Notes: generated by a model from the letters alone, not told the origin. Counted from the stretch's first letter, positions 11,801-22,946 are shown. The stretch is 46,474 bases of DNA from Ministeria vibrans ATCC 50519 (GCA_943704425.1 CALSCP010002846.1:1-46474); one strand, 5' to 3'. Numbers and translations are program-made.

Positions 11801-14800
11801 GCCACGTGTTTGGACCTTGTCAATTCGTTTGACTGTGTCTGTGCCTCCGGGTTCACTGGCATCCTGTGCGACGTGGACATCGATGAGTGTCTCTCGTCAC
11901 CTTGTGCCGCTGCCGGCGCCTGTTCCGATGCTATTGATGGGTTCACGTGCGCCTGCCGTATTGGCTTCACTGGCACTCGCTGCGAGACCAACATTGACGA
12001 GTGTGCCTCGTCGCCGTGTCTCAATAATGGCATGTGTAGTGATGGCGTCGACAGTTTCTTGTGTGCGTGTCCATATTATTTTGCCGGTACACACTGTGAG
12101 TCTGCCGTAGACGATTGTTACTATACCGGCTGCCTGAACGGCGCGTCGTGTGTGGACTCATTTGATGCAGATGGGCCACAATGCATCTGCCCTGCGGGAT
12201 TCACGGGAGCCAAGTGTGAGACGGATATATTCGAGTGCGCCTCGGGACCCTGTGGTACCCATGGTGTCTGTCTCGATCTGGAAAACGCCTTCCGTTGCGT
12301 GTGCAATCCGGGATTTACGGGCACGCACTGTGAATCGGACATTGACGAGTGTGCTTCGTCGCCGTGCGCTCATATGGGAACGTGTACCGCTGCCACTGGT
12401 GCATCAAACTTGGGGTTTGTCTGCACTTGCGTGACAGGCTACACGGGGACACGCTGCGAGACAAACGTTGACGATTGCGATGCGAATTGGTGTGCTAATG
12501 GCGGTACCTGTGTGGACCAAGTTGATGGTTACCACTGCGCCTGTGCCGCCGGTTACACGGGAAGTGGGTGCGAGCAGAACGTTGATGAGTGTGCTTCGTC
12601 GCCGTGTGGATCCAACGGAATGTGTGTGGATGCAGTGCATAGCTACACGTGTCAGTGCAATATTGGCTTCACTGGTGAGGTGTGTGAGACTAATTTGGAT
12701 CAATGTGCATCGTCGCCCTGCCACCAGCACGGCACTTGTCTGAGCATATTGAGTGGACCTGCTGGGTTTCTGTGCTCGTGCAACAATGGCTACACGGGAC
12801 CACAGTGTGAGACAGACATTGATGACTGCTTGTCGTCGCCCTGTGTCAATGATGGCGAGTGTCTCGATGGACTCAACGAATTCACCTGCCTTTGCCTGGC
12901 TTCGTTTACGGGCGCCACCTGCGAGGTTTCGCTTGACCATTGTGAATCGAGTCCCTGTGTGAATGGTGCCTCATGCAGCACTGCCGTGACTGGTTTTGTC
13001 TGCGCGTGTGCTTCAGGCTTTTTTGGCAATCGCTGCGAGGCGGACACGGACGAGTGTCGCAGCAGTCCCTGTGCGAATGGTGCCACTTGTCAGGATATTG
13101 TTTCCGGTTTTACCTGTGACTGCCCTGCCTCCTTCACTGGCCTGACCTGTGACGAAGTACTAGTGGACCAGTGTGCCTCATCGCCCTGTGCCAATGGTGC
13201 GTCGTGCCATGCCACATCCAATCGCTTTTTCTGCACCTGTGCGTCTGGTTTTACGGGTGTCTCGTGTTTGGAAACCATCAACGAATGTGCCTCTGAGCCT
13301 TGCCTTAATGGTGGAACGTGCCGCGACGACTTGGTTGCGTTTGTGTGCGTCTGCCCCGCCGGGTACACTGGCGCTGTGTGTGCGACTGACGTGGACGAGT
13401 GTGAGTCTGAGCCGTGTCTCAATGGTGGGACGTGTCACGATTGGGTTAGTAGTTTCTCGTGCGTGTGTGCGGTTGGATATACTGGTGAGCAGTGCGAGAC
13501 AGCCGGCATTGCGTTTGCGTGTGCGTCTTCGCCCTGTCATAATGGCGCGACGTGCAGTGAGAGTGTCAGCAGTCTGCAATTTTATTTGTGTTCGTGTCCA
13601 TCTGGCTTTCGGGGTATTGACTGCGCCGAGAACTTTGAGGAGTGTACATCGTCGCCGTGCCAGAATGGCGGAGTGTGTCAGGATGGCACGGATGGGTTCA
13701 CGTGTGTGTGCAGTGCGCCATTCACGGGACGTCTCTGTGACGCTACGTCAGGCCTGTGTTCATCAATGCACTGTCTTAATGGGGGCACCTGTGAGGAGTT
13801 GGGGCAACAGCAGCTCGCCTACCAGTGTCGCTGTGTCCAAGGCTTCCTTGGCTCCCACTGCTCTGTTCCCATTGCCCTTGTGCCCACTACTATTGGTGCT
13901 GTTGTCAATCCGACACCGATTGAAACGGGCGACGGCGAGTCGCACTTGCGAACGCTCAGCGTGCAGCAGAGCACAGTTGTTGTAGAGGCTGCGGCGCAGA
14001 CCACTGCTGCGGAAGTGGTACTTGGGACGATTTCAACGGTGGTGGTTGAGACGACTGGTGTGGCGAAGATCACGGTTGTTAGTGCGGTGGTTGAAACGAC
14101 AGCTGCTGGTGCAGAGTTTGTTGAGACAACTATTGCTGGCGCAGATTTAGTTGAGACGACTGCTGCCTGTGTAGCGGCTGTTGAGACGACTGTTGTTGGC
14201 GCAGTGGCGGTTGAGACAAGTGATGCTGGTGTAGTGGCCGCTGAGACGACTGCTATTGGTGCAGAGGCCGCTGAGACGACTGATTTTGGTGCAGAGGCTG
14301 TCGAGACGACAGCTGTTGAAGCAGTGGCTGATGAGACGACTGTTGTTGGTGCAAAGACGACCGGTGTTTTTGCATTTGCCGCTAAGACGAGTGCTGCTAA
14401 AGCAGTGGCTGTTGAGACGACTGTTGTTGGAGCAGTGGCTGCTGAGACGACAGTTGTTGAAGCCGTATCTATTGAGACGACTGTTGTTGGTGCAGTGGCT
14501 CCTGAGACGAGTACTGCCGGTGTAGTGGCCGTTGAGACGACTACTGCCGGTGTAGTGGCTGCTGAGACGACTGCTGCCGGTGTAGTGGCAGCTGAGACGA
14601 CTGTTGTTGGTGCAGTGGCTGTTGAGACGACAGTTGTTGAAGCAGTATCTATTGAAACGACTGTTGTTGGTGCAGTGGCTGCTGAGACGAGTGCTGCCGG
14701 TGTAGTGGCCGTTGAGACGACTGTTGAGACGACAGCTGCCGGTGCAGCGGCTGTTGAGACGACTGTTGTTGGTGCAGTGGCTGTTGAGACGACAGCTGTT

Positions 14801-17800
14801 GAAGCAGTATCTATTGAGACGACTGTTGTTGGTGTAGTGGCTGCTGAGACGACTGATGCCGGTGTAATGGCTGCTGAGACGACTGATGCCGGTGTAATGG
14901 CTGCTGAGACGACTGTTTTTGAAGCATTGGCCGTTGAGACGACTGTTGTTGGTGCAGTGGCTGTTGAGACGACTGCTTTTGGTGTAGTGGCTGCTGAAAC
15001 GACTGCTGTCGGTGTAGTGGCTGCTGAGACGACTGTTGTTGGTGCAGTGGCTGTTGAGACGACTGTTGTTGGTGTAATGGCTGTTGAGACGACTGCTGCC
15101 GGTGTAGTTGCTGCTGAGACGACTGCTGCCGGTGTAGTGGCTGTTGAGACGACTGTTGTTGGTGCAGTGGCTGTTGAGACGACTGTTGTTGGTGTAATGG
15201 CTGTTGAGACGACTGCTGTCGGTGTAGTGGCTGTTGAGACGACTGCTGCCGGTGCAGTGGCTGCTGAGACGACTGCTGCCGGTGTAGTGGCTGTTGAGAC
15301 GACTGTTGTTGGTGCAGTGGCCGTTGAGACGACTGTTGTTGGTGCAGTGGCTGTTGAGACGACTGCTGCCGGTGCAGTGGCTGCTGAGACGACTGCTGCC
15401 GGTGTAGTGGCTGTTGAGACGACTGTTGTTGGTGCAGTGGCTGTTGAGACGACTGTTGTTGGTGCAGTGGCTGTTGAGACGACTGCTGCCGGTGTAGTGG
15501 CTGTTGAGACGACTGTTGTTGGTGTAGTGGCCGTTGAGACGACTGCTGCCGGTGTAGTGGCTGTTGAGACGACTGCTGCCGGTGTAGTGGCAGCTGAGAC
15601 GACTGTTGTTGGTGCGGTGGCTGCTGAGACGACTGCTGCCGGAGCAGTATCTATTGAAACGACTGTTGTTGGTGCAGTGGCTGCTGAGACGACAGCTGCC
15701 GGTGTAGTGGCTGTTGAGACGACTATTGTTGGTGCGGTGGCTGCTGAGACGACTGATGCCGGTGTAATGGCTGCTGAGACGACTGCTGCCGGTGTAGTGG
15801 CTGTTGAGACGACTATTGTTGGTGCGGTGGCTGCTGAGACGACTGATGCCGGTGTAATGGCTGCTGAGACGACTGATGCCGGTGTAATGGCTGCTGAGAC
15901 GACTGTTTTTGAAGCATTGGCCGTTGAGACGACTGTTGTTGGTGCAGTGGCTGTTGAGACGACTGCNNNNNNNNNNNNNNNNNNNNNNNNNNNNNNNNNN
16001 NNNNNNNNNNNNNNNNNNNNNNNNNNNNNNNNNNNNNNNNNNNNNNNNNNNNNNNNNNNNNNNTAATGGCTGCTGAGACGACTGATGCCGGTGTAATGGC
16101 TGCTGAGACGACTGTTTTTGAAGCATTGGCCGTTGAGACGACTGTTGTTGGTGCAGTGGCTGTTGAGACGACTGTTGTTGGTGTAGTGGCCGTTGAGACG
16201 ACTGTTGTTGGTGTAATGGCTGTTGAGACGACTGCTGCCGGTGCAGTGGCTGCTAAGACGACTGCTGCCGGTGTAGTGGCTGTTGAGACGACTATTGTTG
16301 GTGCGGTGGCTGTTGAGACGACTGCTGCCGGTGTAGTTGCTGCTGAGACGACTGATGCCGGTGTAGTGGCTGTTGAGACGACTGCTGCCGGTGTAGTGGC
16401 TGCTGAGACGACTGTTGTTGGTGCAGTGGCTGTTGAGACGACTGTTGTTGGTGTAGTGGCCGTTGAGACGACTGTTGTTGGTGTAACGGCTGTTGAGACG
16501 ACTGTTGTTGGTGTAGTGGCTGTTGAGACGACTGCTGCCGGTGCAGTGGCTGTTGAGACGACTGCTGCCGGTGCAGTGGCTGTTGAGACGACTGCTGCCG
16601 GTGTAGTGGCTGCTGAGACGACTGCTGCCGGAGCAGTATCTATTGAAACGACTGTTGTTGGTGCAGTGGCTGCTGAGACGACAGCTGCCGGTGTAGTGGC
16701 TGCTGAGACGACTGCTGCCGGAGCAGTATCTATTGAAACGACTGTTGTTGGTGCAGTGGCTGCTGAAACGACAGCTGCCGGAGCAGTATCTATTGAAACG
16801 ACTGTTGTTGGTGCAGTGGCTGTTGAGACGACAGCTGTTGAAGCAGTATTTATTGAGACGACTGCTGCCGGTGTAGTGGCTGCTGAGACGACTGCTGTCC
16901 GTGTAGTGGCTGTTGCGACGACTGTTGCCGGTGCATTGGCTGCTGAGACGACCATTGGTGCAGCGGCTGTTGAGACGACAGTTGTTGGTGCGAAGGTAGC
17001 TCAGACAACCGTTGCTAATGCAGCGGCTGCTGTTACGACCGCCACACCTGTTGAGCCTCAGACAACTTCTGCAGCGGTTCCTGTCCCGCAGACAACACTC
17101 TCTACCGAGACGACTATCGTTGCCCCCGATGCTGCGTCGACCTCCGCAAGTGCCCCGCTCAACTGCGACTCATCCCCCTGCCAATCGGGCGCTTCGTGTG
17201 TGAGTAAGGTGAACGACTTTACGTGCATCTGCCTCAAAGGGTTCACCGGCACACTCTGCGAGACGGACATTGACGATTGTGTCAACTTTCCGTGTGTGGG
17301 TGGTGGCACATGTGTGGACGCCGTTCTTGGATTCACGTGCACCTGCGCGGCCGGACGCACCGGCAATCAGTGCGAGACGCTCATTGATGAGTGTGCGTCA
17401 TCGCCATGTTTCAATGGAGCGAAGTGCATCGACGGCCCTGCCTCGTTTGAGTGTGTTTGTGTCCCAGGCTACACGGGCGCCACTTGTGCCGTCAATATGG
17501 ACGAGTGCGCGTCAGCGCCGTGTTTGAACAACGGTATCTGCGTTGACGGAATCAACGCCTTTACGTGTACGTGTAACACGACCTTCTATGGACGACGGTG
17601 TGAGCTGCTGCAGGACAATTGTGCTGGCGAGACGTGCAGTGGACGTGGAACGTGCATCTCAGACTCGAGTGTGTCTTTTGTGTGCGACTGTGAGCCGCTG
17701 TACACAGGCGAGCGCTGCGAAATGACCCTGTGCGACTCGAGTCCATGTGCCAATGGCGGCTCTTGCTCCACCACAACCGTCTCGTCTGATGGCTCGCCCC

Positions 17801-19255
17801 TCTGCTCATGCCCCCCCGCCTACAGTGGCGTCTCGTGTGAGGTCTCGCTGTGCGGTGTCTCTCAAGGATCGCATGCGCTCACCGTGTCCACCACACCACT
17901 GCGCTTCAACATTGTACCATCCGTGTTCACTGTCGTTTTCCCGTCTTCCTCCGTCCCACCGCTGCCCTTTTCCTTCTCTACCAGCAGCTTTGTCAGTGGT
18001 GATGCGTGTGATTCGACCGCCTTTGGTGAGCTTCCGTCTACCGTCATGCTGTCGAGTCTGTTTGAGCTGACGGGCAGCGCGACGGGCAACTTTCCGGGTC
18101 GTGGGGTTTTTGTTGAATTCTCAATGGGCAGTGCGTTCACGTCGGACGCAACTATTCTGTACAAGTCGAGTGCGTCTGACACAACATGGGAAACGGCCGA
18201 GAACATTGAGCGGGACGCGGTGACGGGCCGTGTGACGGGCTGGATGCGCCACTTCTCATTTGTCGGGGTGTTTTCGGTGACGCAGACGATTGGTGTGACG
18301 GGCCAGGACAGCGGCGGTGGCGGATCGAGCATGGTGCCCATCATTGCTGCCGTTGTGGGGATTGTGCTTGTCGTTGCAATCGTGGCGGTGGCCGTGGTGG
18401 TGTACCGCCGCCGCAAGGGCCGAGATAGTGGCACGCATAGCATGCGGTGGATGCCGAACAAGCCGAAGAAGGCGAAGAAGAGCAAGAACTCGATGGGCGC
18501 ACCGGGCAGCGACAATATGTTTGCGTTGAGTGTGGGGCCGTCGTCTCTTGCGTCGTATGAGGAGTCTTTTGAAATGCAACCGACTGGCATGATGAATTTC
18601 GTCGAAGGGACTGTGCAGGCGACACAGAGTCTCTTTGGCATCAACACGACCCCGCTCAATCCATCCTATGGTAGTGTCACGAGCGGTGCAGTACCTGCAC
18701 TACATCAACAACAGCCCACTGGTCTTCTGCTCAAGTCTAGCTATACTGGCTCAAGTAGCAGTAAGGGTCCAGCGCTGTCGGGTCCCGTCTACGAGACCAT
18801 CCACGACGGCGCTGCCACACCCGCCTACGAGACCATCCCGTACCCAATCGCCGAACTCACGGGCGCTTCCTATGTGTCAACATCAGACACACTCCAGAGC
18901 AACCAATCGTTTTCGAGCAACGTCTATGTCTCCAAGCAGCACTCCACGCTCTCCCAACAACAGGGCCTTGTGCCGCCCCCACCGCTGCCCACCGCTCGCG
19001 ACACCATGGTCACCCCTGTCCCTGCGCCTCGCCCTCCCAAGCGTCCCTCTGGCGACGGTGCCGCCCCTGTGCCCGCATCCCGTCCCGAGCGACCCGATCG
19101 AAAGCGCATCTCCATGTACGCGTACATTGAGCATGTCCCCGAAAATGACGCTCCCGATGTTGTTATTGAAGCCGCAGCAGCGGCAGCGCCACGTACCGGT
19201 GCGGCAAGGGTCCTCACCATTGGTGATTCTTCTTCTTCTTCTTCTTCTTCTTCTT

Positions 19256-19308
<53 letters not shown>

Positions 19309-20604
19309 CCGCCAACCCTAACATCAACGCCCGCCCCCAATGCGAACTACGACGTGCTCCCGGCCATCCGTCCGAAGCCACAGGGTCCAGTGTACCTGAC
19401 TCTGAAGGGCGCTGGCTCACACAGCTCCACTATTGCGCGCGCCAACGAGCTTCCTCTTGTGGACTACGAGGGCGAAGTGCGCCCCGACCGCATCAGCCTC
19501 ATTCCTAATGATTTGGACGGCTCAACGCAGGACCTGGGACGCGGCAACTTTGGCATTGTGTCGCGAGGCATGTTTGTGACGGCCGCCAAGGGCACGCCTA
19601 CACAGGTTGCGGTGAAGCACCTGGGCGCAGACGCAGATGAGGAGACGCGCACGTCCTTCCTCAACGAGATTCGCATGTACGAGCGACTGCGCCACCCGCA
19701 CATTACTGCCGTGCTCGCCAAGACGGTCGCGTCGCCCGACGCCTGTGAGTGGCGCCTTGCTCTTGAGCTCGCCAAGTACGACTTGCGCACCTTCCTGACC
19801 AATCGCTCGCACACTCTCTCCTTCGACGCCCGCATCCTCCTGTGCACCCACGTCTTTGCTGCCGGTAGCTTCCTTGCGTCGCAGCGTGTCGTCCATCGTG
19901 ACATTGCCCCGCGCAACTTTCTTATCTTTGCATCGCCGCTCGACCCGTCCGGCCGCACTCTCGTCATTAAACTCGCTGACTTTGGGCTCGCCCGTGAGTG
20001 TCTTGAGCGCGTTCCAGACTACCCCAACACGCCCGTCTACCTTGAACGCGAGCGCCTTCATCTTCCCCCTTGCTCTGCTCCCGAGACCATGGAGCGCGGG
20101 CGTGCCATGGAGCGTAGTGACGTGTTTGCTGTGGGTGTCACTGTAAGACTTATATTTTTGTCTTTGACTTTGTTAAAACTACAATAATAATATTATTATG
20201 ACTGTATCAATATACTGACTTGACCTGTGTTTCTCTTTCTTTATTGTGTTTAGTTGTGGGAAATCTGGAATGGGGCGTCGCTGGACAGTGACGCGCGGTT
20301 TGAGCAGTTCCCTGGGCCGTACTATTTGTGGCTGCGCGAACGCACAGGACTGCCCGACATTGACAACTGTCCACCTGTGATGTAAGTGAAAACAATTCTT
20401 GTGGTGTGTGATTGCGACTGACATTCACACATGCAATCTACTTCGTTTGTCATTAGAATGGCGCTGATCAATTGGTGTGTGCTTGACGATCCAATGCGAC
20501 GCCCGACCTTTGCGGACCTCACACAGGCGCTGTTGGATGAGCAACGCGCGCCCGGAAGCAGTGTTGTCAACAATATGCTTCTCCCGTCCGCCACCGATTT
20601 GTAG
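2830..20604 (+). CDS. Giant EGF-repeat single-pass receptor tyrosine kinase, about 5,400 aa, about 18 exons
   Basis: Signal peptide MPMRRLALVLMLCLL; about 59 EGF-like units; 10-aa repeat stalk; ZU5-like domain; TM helix at 18331-18405 followed by RRRK. Kinase motifs GRGNFG, VAVK, HRDIAPRN, KLADFGLAR, APE, SDVF, LWEI and RRPTF. GT-AG introns keep the frame (e.g. 3241-3423, 3475-3526, 3689-3738, 9871-9913, 20143-20253, 20382-20456). Ends ...PSATDL*. The frame break at the N-gap 15967-16063 is treated as an assembly artefact. Confidence 0.9.
2905..8934 (+). other. Region encoding nine split-EGF modules (domain inserted between EGF C3 and C4) plus two intact EGFs
   Basis: Each module reads C-x4-10-C-x5-9-C [110-150 aa insert] C-x-C-x8-C after splicing. 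The inserts share a GD(F/L)xxxxE(Y/F)-like motif, a Cys pair and a terminal TLxL strand. Confidence 0.8.
8085..8277 (+). repeat. Intronic minisatellite with an 18-20 nt unit (ctctctatcacgttgtttcc)
   Basis: About 10 tandem degenerate copies inside RTK intron 8026-8315. Confidence 0.85.
8935..13861 (+). repeat. Array of 42 tandem EGF-like domains, mostly calcium-binding (DIDEC...) type
   Basis: Manual count of 6-Cys units with D-I/V-D/N-E-C starts and C-x-C-x2-G-F/Y-T-G-x2-C ends. Confidence 0.9.
14040..16990 (+). repeat. Coding 30-nt minisatellite encoding about 95 copies of a 10-aa unit (V/A)ETT(V/A)(V/A)G(V/A)VA; interrupted by N-gap 15967-16063
   Basis: The unit gctgttgagacgactgttgttggtgcagtg repeats in frame within the RTK ectodomain. 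Confidence 0.95.
17850..18276 (+). other. ZU5-like juxtamembrane domain ending in HFS
   Basis: ...MLSSLFELTGSATGNFPGRGVFVEF...ILYKS...TWE...VTGWMRHFSFVGVF follows the ZU5 pattern (S-x-x-x-E, F-x2-3-V, W, terminal HFS). HFS codons are at 18250-18258. Confidence 0.65.
19228..19307 (+). repeat. (TCT)n then (GCA)n trinucleotide tracts encoding polySer/polyAla in the RTK cytoplasmic region
   Basis: Seen directly, in frame. Confidence 0.9.
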
Positions 20605-21064
20605 ATTGTTTTTATTATATAATAATATTCTTTGTTCACTACTATATACGATACCTTACCAATTTGAATCTTATTAATAGTATAATAATAATTATACTAT
20701 TGTTACACTTGGTTTGATTTTTCAGTCATGAGCGGATGAATGTGGCACTCTCCATCGCGACCGATGCCACATGCAGGTTGTGTACGCTAAAAGAACAAGG
20801 TGGGTGCAGAGTTGTGTCGTGCCTTTGCCGTTGCCTGTGCTCGCCTCCTCATTGAATTCAATCGCNNNNNNNNNNGGGGGGGGGGGGGGGGGGGGGGGGA
20901 GTGGAAGAGAGTGAGATTGAGATTGAAATTGAGGTGCAGATGGTTATTACTTTGTTGTATGGTAAAATTAATAAAAATAATCAATATTAGAATTTAAATA
21001 ATCGCAATTCACAATTTCACATTACTTCCAACCTTTATCTACTTCAGGCACAGCAACCGCGACA

Positions 21065-22378
21065 ATGATGTCCAGCGCATCTAGCACTCGCACAACCATG
21101 AGGCTGGTGGATGGTACGTCAAGTAGGACATCCACTCCAACTTCATTCCTCCCCGCCCCGTCCTTCAACCCCCCCTCCCCGCCTATGCCAGGATCCCACC
21201 TGCACGTTGGCCAACACGCCTTTGCGAGTAGATACAAAATGTGATGTTTTGATGTTTTGTTGTTACGTTTTTTTGACTTTCGCGCGCAAAGATAAAAAAT
21301 ATATATAAAAATACAATTGGAGAATGAAGAAGACGTGTGGAGGGGCGCAGACTCTGCAGGAGTGTGCACTAACGCACCATGGGACGCATAGGAGTGCGCA
21401 AGATCACGCTGGAGGGCAACATAGCGGCAGGCAAGAGCACCTTCCTGCAAATACTCTCCGAGGAGCTTGACGTCTCGATTGTCCCCGAACCCGTCAGGTA
21501 CACCGCGTCTGCTCCGCGCCACGCCCATACCCTGCCCTTCTCCTACCCCCTCTCACGGCGTCGTGTTCGTTGTTTCGTGTGTTTTTCTTCGTCTTGTGTG
21601 TTTCTGCAGTCGATGGAAGAACATGGAAGATGACGACGCTGGGCGCGGCACAGCGGCCGATGACGAGGACTCCATGCCCCCAGCCAGTCAGCAGACGGGC
21701 GGCAATCTCCTGTCGCTCTTTTACTCAAATCCGCATCGGTAGAACGAAGACAGAACCAGACAAGCGCGCCAAATAGTCATAACTAATGCGTCGTATTGTT
21801 ATGACACGTCTCTTTGCGCAGATGGGCTTACACCTTTCAGACATACGCCTTTCTGAGTCGCATTCGAGCGCAGCTGCGTGCTCCTGATAAGCCTCATCCC
21901 AAGACTATCTTCTACACGAGACGCGTAAGGTGTTGGTTTTGAGTTTGGCTTGCTTGAACTTACACACAATGATTGGATGTGCAGGAGAGCGGTCAGGCCA
22001 CCAAACGAAGCCTTGAAGACATTATTGACGAGGAGGACAGCGAAGAGCCGCCGTCACAGCGAGTACGAGCCGACTCTAAGTCGGAACCGGACACGGACAC
22101 GACACTCGCGAGTGCGGACACGCCAGTCTCTCACAACGACGACGAATGTGCCCTCCTGCCCCAAATCCAGTTTATGGAGCGCAGTGTGTACTCCGACTGT
22201 TATTGCTTTGGCGTCAACTGCCTCGAAGGCGGTCTCTTCTCCCGTCTCGAGTGGCAAATGTACCGCGAAGTAAGACTCACACACACACACACACACAATA
22301 AGCGCCACTAAGCACACATACACTCAGCACCCACACACAATAAGCACGCTCACTGCGCACGCACTAAGAACACAAAAC

Positions 22379-22453
<75 letters not shown>

Positions 22454-22946
22454 TAAATTATAATAATTAATTATTATTTATATTATATATACCCACATAC
22501 ACACTTTGAGAAACGACCCGCTCACTTTGTCTTGTTGTCTCAGTGGCACTCGTACATGCTGTCGACGATCGGCGACAAGCTGGACCTGTCCGGGATCATC
22601 TATCTGCGCACAGCTCCCGAGACGTGCTACGGACGATTGCAGAAGCGCGGACGCAACGAAGAGTCGTCCGTGTCGCTCGACTACCTCACGTCTCTCCACG
22701 AGCGCCACGAGGACTGGCTCATTGAGAAGAAGAAGTCTCTTAAGCTCCACCCGTCTCTTGAAAATACTCCGATTCTTGTGCTGGATTGCGATGAGGATTT
22801 TGAGCATAACCCAAAGGTGAGATTGGTAATTGGGAGCGTGAGGAAAACTGACGCGCTCGTTTTCAAATTTTTATGATGATTAGAAACGACAAGAGATGTT
22901 GGAGGCTGTCAAGGCATTCGCGGGCATTGCTATAAAAGCCCAATAA
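21065..22946 (+). CDS. Deoxynucleoside kinase (dCK/dGK family); may start further upstream at ATG 20736
   Basis: Motifs ITLEGNIAAGKST (P-loop), VPEPV.RW, GGNLL..FY..P.RWAYTFQTYAFLSR, ERSVYSD, GIIYLR...R...RGR.EE and LDYL..LH..HEDWL. Upstream phase-1 exons (21047-21113, 21192-21227) splice in frame via intron 21228-21391, which has a CTAAC branch point at 21369. ATG 21379 is therefore probably intronic. Confidence 0.85.
22381..22453 (+). repeat. (AAT)n microsatellite, intronic
   Basis: Seen directly. Confidence 0.9.

Noticed and set aside
15967-16063. Frameshift or pseudogenisation of the RTK
   Set aside because: The frame change coincides with an N-gap whose flanks are near-duplicates, so the gap length is unreliable. 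The same applies to 45330-45332.
14040-16990. CRISPR-like array, or genes on the minus strand (659-aa and 380-aa ORFs)
   Set aside because: The units are contiguous with no unique spacers. The antisense ORFs are by-products of a stop-free 30-nt coding repeat.
2830-20604. Calling the EGF giant a Notch, Crumbs or fibropellin orthologue
   Set aside because: It has no LNR, NOD, ankyrin, laminin-G or CUB domains, and it ends in a tyrosine kinase.
20731-20845. H/ACA snoRNA-like double hairpin (atgtggca/tgccacat stem, AAAAGA hinge)
   Set aside because: There is no terminal ACA box and no target I can identify. The segment is also explained as a possible first coding exon and intron start of the deoxynucleoside kinase.
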